Source: Coriobacteriia bacterium (GTDB lineage Bacteria; Actinomycetota; Coriobacteriia; Anaerosomatales; SLCP01). Taken from it: a stretch of DNA of 64,000 nucleotides. The notes below the pieces were generated by a model, which saw only the letters and a program-made list of their open reading frames with translations, ran no database searches and was not told the DNA's origin. Positions 60,371 through 64,000 of this stretch are shown one piece after another. Location: positions 958 through 64,957 of the forward strand of contig JAUVXE010000002.1 of NCBI GenBank assembly GCA_030603745.1, in the 5' to 3' direction. Made by a program: the position numbers and the translations under genes. Position 1 is the stretch's first letter; each line of letters starts with the position of its first letter.

Positions 60371-60886
60371 ATGAAAGAACCGGACTCCATCGTCGTACAC
60401 GACCTCGAACTGTTCCCGCACGAACGGACCCTGCTCGTGAAGGGCCGTCCGGTCGACGTGACCGCACGGGAGTTCGACATCCTCCAGCGCCTCGCGACAC
60501 ATCCGGGCTGGGTCTACTCAGCCGAACAGCTCTCCGACGGGGAGGACGAGGCGATCGACACGAGTCCGGACTCGGTCAGGGTCCACATCGCCCACCTCCG
60601 CCACAAGCTGGCCGAGGCCGGTGTCGCCGAGGCGATCGGAACGGTCCGGGGCGTAGGATACCGGCTCGAAGGGCAGGGTCCCCGCGCGCAGGACGCCGCT
60701 GCGTGCGACGCCACCGGACGGGCGGGAGCGGAGCCGGAGTCGCGTCGGCTGCGCGATGCGTTCTGGCTCCTGGAGCGCGCGGTGCTCGAGGCCGAGGCGA
60801 CGGGCGACCCCTCACTGATGGCCGCGGCGCGCGAGGCGCTCGACGAGGCGCGACGGACGATCTCCCGCTGGCCGCCGGACGAGTGA
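60371..60886 (+). CDS. stand-alone OmpR/PhoB-type winged-helix DNA-binding protein (no receiver domain)
   Basis: From ATG 60371: LELFPHERTLLVKGRPVDVTAREFDILQRLATHPGWVYSAEQL...SVRVHIAHLRHKL...IGTVRGVGYRL, then a helical C-terminal region. It is divergent from the repeat protein. Confidence 0.8.
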   Translation: MKEPDSIVVHDLELFPHERTLLVKGRPVDVTAREFDILQRLATHPGWVYSAEQLSDGEDEAIDTSPDSVRVHIAHLRHKLAEAGVAEAIGTVRGVGYRLEGQGPRAQDAAACDATGRAGAEPESRRLRDAFWLLERAVLEAEATGDPSLMAAAREALDEARRTISRWPPDE

Positions 60887-60934
60887 GCCCACGAACGCGA
60901 ACCGGGCCCGTCACCGGAGACGGCTCGCCGCGGG

Positions 60935-61387
60935 TCAGGACCCTTCGCGCAGGAAGTCCGCCGCGTCCGCCGGCGGGACGTCCTCGCCCCAATCGATCCG
61001 CCCGTTGTCGCGCCAGTCGATGATGTGCCAGATCTCATGCGCCATGATCCGCTCGATCGACACGTAGCGCTCGGGGCTGATCACGATCCTGCCGGTGCGG
61101 TAGTAGGCGACCGCCTGATGGCCCTCAGGGGTCTCGCCGCCCTCGACGGTCACGCCGTCGAGCAGCCGGTAGGTGCGCTGGTACTCCTCGAGAAGCTCCC
61201 TCGCCCGCCGGATGTCGGCGGTCACCTCCTGCTCAGGCGCGACCGCCACCGGTATCGCGGGCGCGGTGTAGGGGGCCGCGGCGTCGTCAGCCACGGCGTC
61301 GACGACGGGCGCGACGGTGGACGCCGGTGAGGCGAACAGCGAGAGGGCGACCGCGGAGGCGAGGAGGAGTGTGCGTAGTGTGGTCAT
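60935..61387 (-). CDS. small secreted protein with an HExxH motif (putative zinc metallopeptidase-like)
   Basis: Signal peptide (TLRTLLLASAVALSLFASPAS), then ...RIMAHEIWHIIDW. The start is ATG 61387 or GTG 61399. Confidence 0.55.
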   Translation of the reverse strand: MTTLRTLLLASAVALSLFASPASTVAPVVDAVADDAAAPYTAPAIPVAVAPEQEVTADIRRARELLEEYQRTYRLLDGVTVEGGETPEGHQAVAYYRTGRIVISPERYVSIERIMAHEIWHIIDWRDNGRIDWGEDVPPADAADFLREGS

Positions 61388-61425
61388 GCCGGCTGGCACA
61401 AGCGAGTTCTATGCCGAGGCCGGAC

Positions 61426-61959
61426 TCACTCGCGACTCCCCGCGTGATGCTCGGGGCGGGGAACCGCCGAGGCGGCCCTCCTGAACAGGTCGCGCCCGAT
61501 ATGGCAGTAGCCACCCGGATTCTTCTCGAGGAAGCCCTGGTGGTACTCCTCGGCGGGCGTGAAGCTCGTGAGCGGGGCGACCTCGACGACCACGGGCCGG
61601 TCGTAGCACTTCTGGAGCTCGACGAGTGACGCGTCTATGACGGGACGGTCGGAGGGCTCGGTGTAGAAGACGCCACTGCGGTACTGGCTCCCTACGTCGT
61701 TGCCCTGGCGGTCCCGCGTGGTGGGATCGATCGCCTCGTAGAAGAGCTCGAGCAGGAAGGGAAGGGGCGCGACCGCCGGGTCGTACTCCACGCGGACCGT
61801 CTCGGCGTGGCCGGTGTCGCCCCTGATGACGTCCCGGTAGGTGGGCGACCCGGTGGTTCCGTTCGCGTAGCCGGACTCCACCGTCAGCACGCCGGGCACC
61901 AGGCCCATGTAGCGCTCCACGCCCCAGAAACAGCCGCCTGCCAGGTAGATAGTGGCCAT
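61426..61959 (-). CDS. msrA: peptide-methionine (S)-S-oxide reductase
   Basis: From ATG 61959 (GGGAGG RBS): MATIYLAGGCFWGVERY...GHAETVRVEYDP...YHQGFL is the MsrA signature. Confidence 0.93.
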   Translation of the reverse strand: MATIYLAGGCFWGVERYMGLVPGVLTVESGYANGTTGSPTYRDVIRGDTGHAETVRVEYDPAVAPLPFLLELFYEAIDPTTRDRQGNDVGSQYRSGVFYTEPSDRPVIDASLVELQKCYDRPVVVEVAPLTSFTPAEEYHQGFLEKNPGGYCHIGRDLFRRAASAVPRPEHHAGSRE

Positions 61960-61994
61960 CGTGCCTCCCGGGTCCGTGAGCCTGACCGCGCGCC

Positions 61995-62681
61995 CTAACT
62001 GCCGATGGAGCCGCGGCCGACCGAGAGCCGGGCCTGGAGGCTGCGCGCGATGGTCGAGATGATGAAGTTGATCGTGAAGTAGATGATCGAGATCACCACG
62101 TAGATGGTGATGATCTGGCTCGGCCGCCAGAAGGTCGCCGCGAGGATGGTGCCCTTGAACATCAGCTCGTACGCGCCGATCGCCATGGCGAACGACGAGT
62201 CCTTGATGACCGTGACGAACTGGGACACGATCGGGGGGATCATCTTGACGACCGCGGGCGGCAGCACGATGTGGCGCATCGACTGCAGGAACGAGAAGCC
62301 CTGCGAACGCGCCGCCTCCCACTGCCCCGTGGGGACCGAGTTCAGACCGCCGCGGATGACCTCGGCGATGATTGCCGAAGTGTAGATGGTCAGGCCGATC
62401 GTCGCGGCCCACATCGCCGGCAGGCCCAGCACGAAGTAGCTCGTGAGGATCAGCAGCAGCGTGGGCAGGTTGCGGACGACCTCGATGTAGGTCGCCGCGA
62501 AGTGCTTGACGACCGGCAGGCCCGAGTAGCGCATCGCGCCGAGGACCGTGCCGAACGCGAAGCTCAGCACGATCGAGAGCGCCGCGATCTGCAGCGTGAG
62601 CAGCAGGCCGTACCACAGCCCGATCCACAGAATCGGGTCGGAGAGCATCACGGCGACGGGGTTCTCCATGAAGGCGTCCAT
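61995..62681 (-). CDS. polar amino acid ABC transporter permease
   Basis: From ATG 62681 (ATGA overlap): EAA-loop context QWEAARSQGFSFLQSMRHIVLPPAVVKMIPPIVSQFV. Confidence 0.9.
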   Translation of the reverse strand: MDAFMENPVAVMLSDPILWIGLWYGLLLTLQIAALSIVLSFAFGTVLGAMRYSGLPVVKHFAATYIEVVRNLPTLLLILTSYFVLGLPAMWAATIGLTIYTSAIIAEVIRGGLNSVPTGQWEAARSQGFSFLQSMRHIVLPPAVVKMIPPIVSQFVTVIKDSSFAMAIGAYELMFKGTILAATFWRPSQIITIYVVISIIYFTINFIISTIARSLQARLSVGRGSIGS

Positions 62682-63388
62682 CACGCCACCCTCGTCCGGT
62701 CCTCGAGGCGGCGGGCGAGGATCGCGAGCGGGAAGCACATCAGGAAGTAACCGAGGCCCACGAGCACGTAGGTCGGCCCGTAGTGACCGAACCGGCCCGC
62801 GAACGCGTCACCGGCGTACATGAGGTCACCGCCCGCGATGATCGCGATGACCGAGGTGTTCTTGATGAGGCTGACCGCCTGGTTGGTGAGCGGCGGCAGA
62901 ACGATGCGCATGGCCTGCGGGATGATGATGTAGCGCATGGCGCCCACGTAGGTGAAGCCCTGCGAGACGGCGGCCTCGAGCTGTCCTCGGCCGATGGACT
63001 GGATCCCCGCGCGGACCACCTCGGAGATGTAGGCCCCGTGATACATCCCCACGCCGAGGATGCCGATCGTGATGACCGGGATGAACAGGCCGGAGATGAT
63101 CATGGGCAGCGCGTTGAAGATCATGAAGACCTGGATGAGCAGCGGGGTGTTCTGGTAGAACTCCACGTACCCGCGGGCGAACGCGCGCGGTCCCGTCCAG
63201 TGTGAGGCCCCCATCACGCCGAGGACCGTCCCCAGGGCCAGCGCGAGCGCCAGCCCCAGGGACGCCACGGTCAACGTGACAAGTGCCCCCTGCCAGAGCA
63301 GGTCGATGTTGGAGAACACGGCCTCCCAGCGAGGGATCGCGAACGGTCCCTCCTGCAGGAAGCCTATGCGTCCGAAGATGTCCGACAT
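62681..63388 (-). CDS. polar amino acid ABC transporter permease
   Basis: From ATG 63388: QLEAAVSQGFTYVGAMRYIIIPQAMRIVLPPLTNQAV. Confidence 0.9.
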   Translation of the reverse strand: MSDIFGRIGFLQEGPFAIPRWEAVFSNIDLLWQGALVTLTVASLGLALALALGTVLGVMGASHWTGPRAFARGYVEFYQNTPLLIQVFMIFNALPMIISGLFIPVITIGILGVGMYHGAYISEVVRAGIQSIGRGQLEAAVSQGFTYVGAMRYIIIPQAMRIVLPPLTNQAVSLIKNTSVIAIIAGGDLMYAGDAFAGRFGHYGPTYVLVGLGYFLMCFPLAILARRLEDRTRVA

Positions 63389-63416
63389 GCCCCGGCTACT
63401 CACTGATCGCACGCGA

Positions 63417-64000
63417 TCAGAGAAGGTTCCACTTCTCGAAGATCTCGTCGAGCTCACCGCTCGCGCGCATCTCGGCGAGCATGTCGTTGAAGAACTCGGT
63501 GAGGTCGTCGTTGCCCTTCTTGAAAGCGGCACCGTAGTCCTGCGGCGAGAAGCCGTCAGGGAGGATGGACGAGTCATCGGTCAGGTAGCCGGTGAGGATC
63601 GACTTGTCGACCGAGAACGCGTCGACGCGGCCCGACTCGAGAGCGGCGTTGATCTCGGGGTAGGTCGCGAACTCGAGGAACTCGACCGAGATGCCGAGAG
63701 CGTCGGCCTCGGCCTGGACGGCGTCGGCGGTGGTGGCGCCCTGTGCGACGCCGATCCGCTTGCCGTCGAGGTCAGCGAGGCTCTCGAAGCCGGAGGCGTC
63801 CTTGACCAGCAGGCCGACCTCGTCCTGGTAGTAAGTCTCCGAGAAGTTCCACTGCTCCTTGCGCTCCTCGTTGACGGTGAAGGTCGCGATGACCACGTCG
63901 AGCTGGCCGTTGTCGAGCAGCGGGCCACGGGTCTTGGCGGTGACGGCCTCGAACTCGACGTCATCGGCGGTCAGGCCGATGCGCTCGGCGAGCGCGTACG
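63417..64000 (-). CDS. polar amino acid ABC transporter substrate-binding protein (partial, N-terminus beyond the window)
   Basis: The frame is open to the window edge. The translation has a family-3 SBP pattern (...IATFTVNEERKEQWNFSETYY...GKRIGVAQGATT...FEKWNLL). Confidence 0.85.
   Translation of the reverse strand, partial: YALAERIGLTADDVEFEAVTAKTRGPLLDNGQLDVVIATFTVNEERKEQWNFSETYYQDEVGLLVKDASGFESLADLDGKRIGVAQGATTADAVQAEADALGISVEFLEFATYPEINAALESGRVDAFSVDKSILTGYLTDDSSILPDGFSPQDYGAAFKKGNDDLTEFFNDMLAEMRASGELDEIFEKWNLL

Noticed and set aside
1-64000. Searched for rRNA, tRNA, tmRNA, transposases, integrases, prophage genes, cas genes and known anti-phage defence systems.
   Set aside because: I recognised none by eye. 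There are no tRNA-like T-arm/acceptor patterns in the intergenic regions and no DDE, tyrosine or serine recombinase motifs in any frame. The holin_4_2-family gene at 40709..41116 is a common chromosomal membrane protein with no phage neighbours. A tRNAscan/Infernal run would be needed to exclude small RNAs.

Overview
Very GC-rich chromosomal window (third codon positions almost always G/C; several starts look leaderless), consistent with an actinobacterium-like Gram-positive. I found about 75 protein-coding genes and no rRNA, tRNA, CRISPR array, transposase or integrase by eye. The first 14 kb is a minus-strand de novo purine cluster (purH, purN, purM, purF, purL, purQ, purS, purC). It is interrupted by a vapBC toxin-antitoxin pair, a branched-chain amino acid binding protein and several small membrane proteins. 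The rest is housekeeping genes (citrate synthase, plsY, uppP, msrA, a GH3 beta-glucosidase, amino-acid ABC transporters) mixed with many metal and redox genes. The main result is an hgcA-hgcB mercury-methylation pair (27326..28628) carrying the diagnostic NVWCAAGKG cap-helix motif and the HgcB Cys73/Cys94-Cys95 pattern. A 20-bp sequence upstream of hgcA, with a perfect dyad core, is identical to one directly upstream of an ArsR-family regulator gene 8.7 kb away. That regulator is co-transcribed with a small zinc-ribbon protein, so the shared site suggests an unlinked metal(loid)-responsive regulon. Other points worth a second look: (1) a NOX/ferric-reductase-like flavocytochrome b coupled to a membrane-anchored hexaheme c-type cytochrome built from three diheme modules; (2) a split ATP-dependent activase / dehydratase-like cluster plus a DUF1540 Cys-rich protein, divergent from hgcAB and sharing a GATACCCGGGT motif; (3) a NikK/L/M/Q/O-type nickel importer with NikR, a 27-bp dyad, and an untracked 54-aa Cys-rich ORF; (4) a secreted protein with a perfect 78-bp tandem repeat, flanked by a receiver-less wHTH regulator and a small HExxH protein; (5) an HMA-like protein with a CSCPP motif. 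Functions are inferred from motifs I recognise in the translations. No database search was run.
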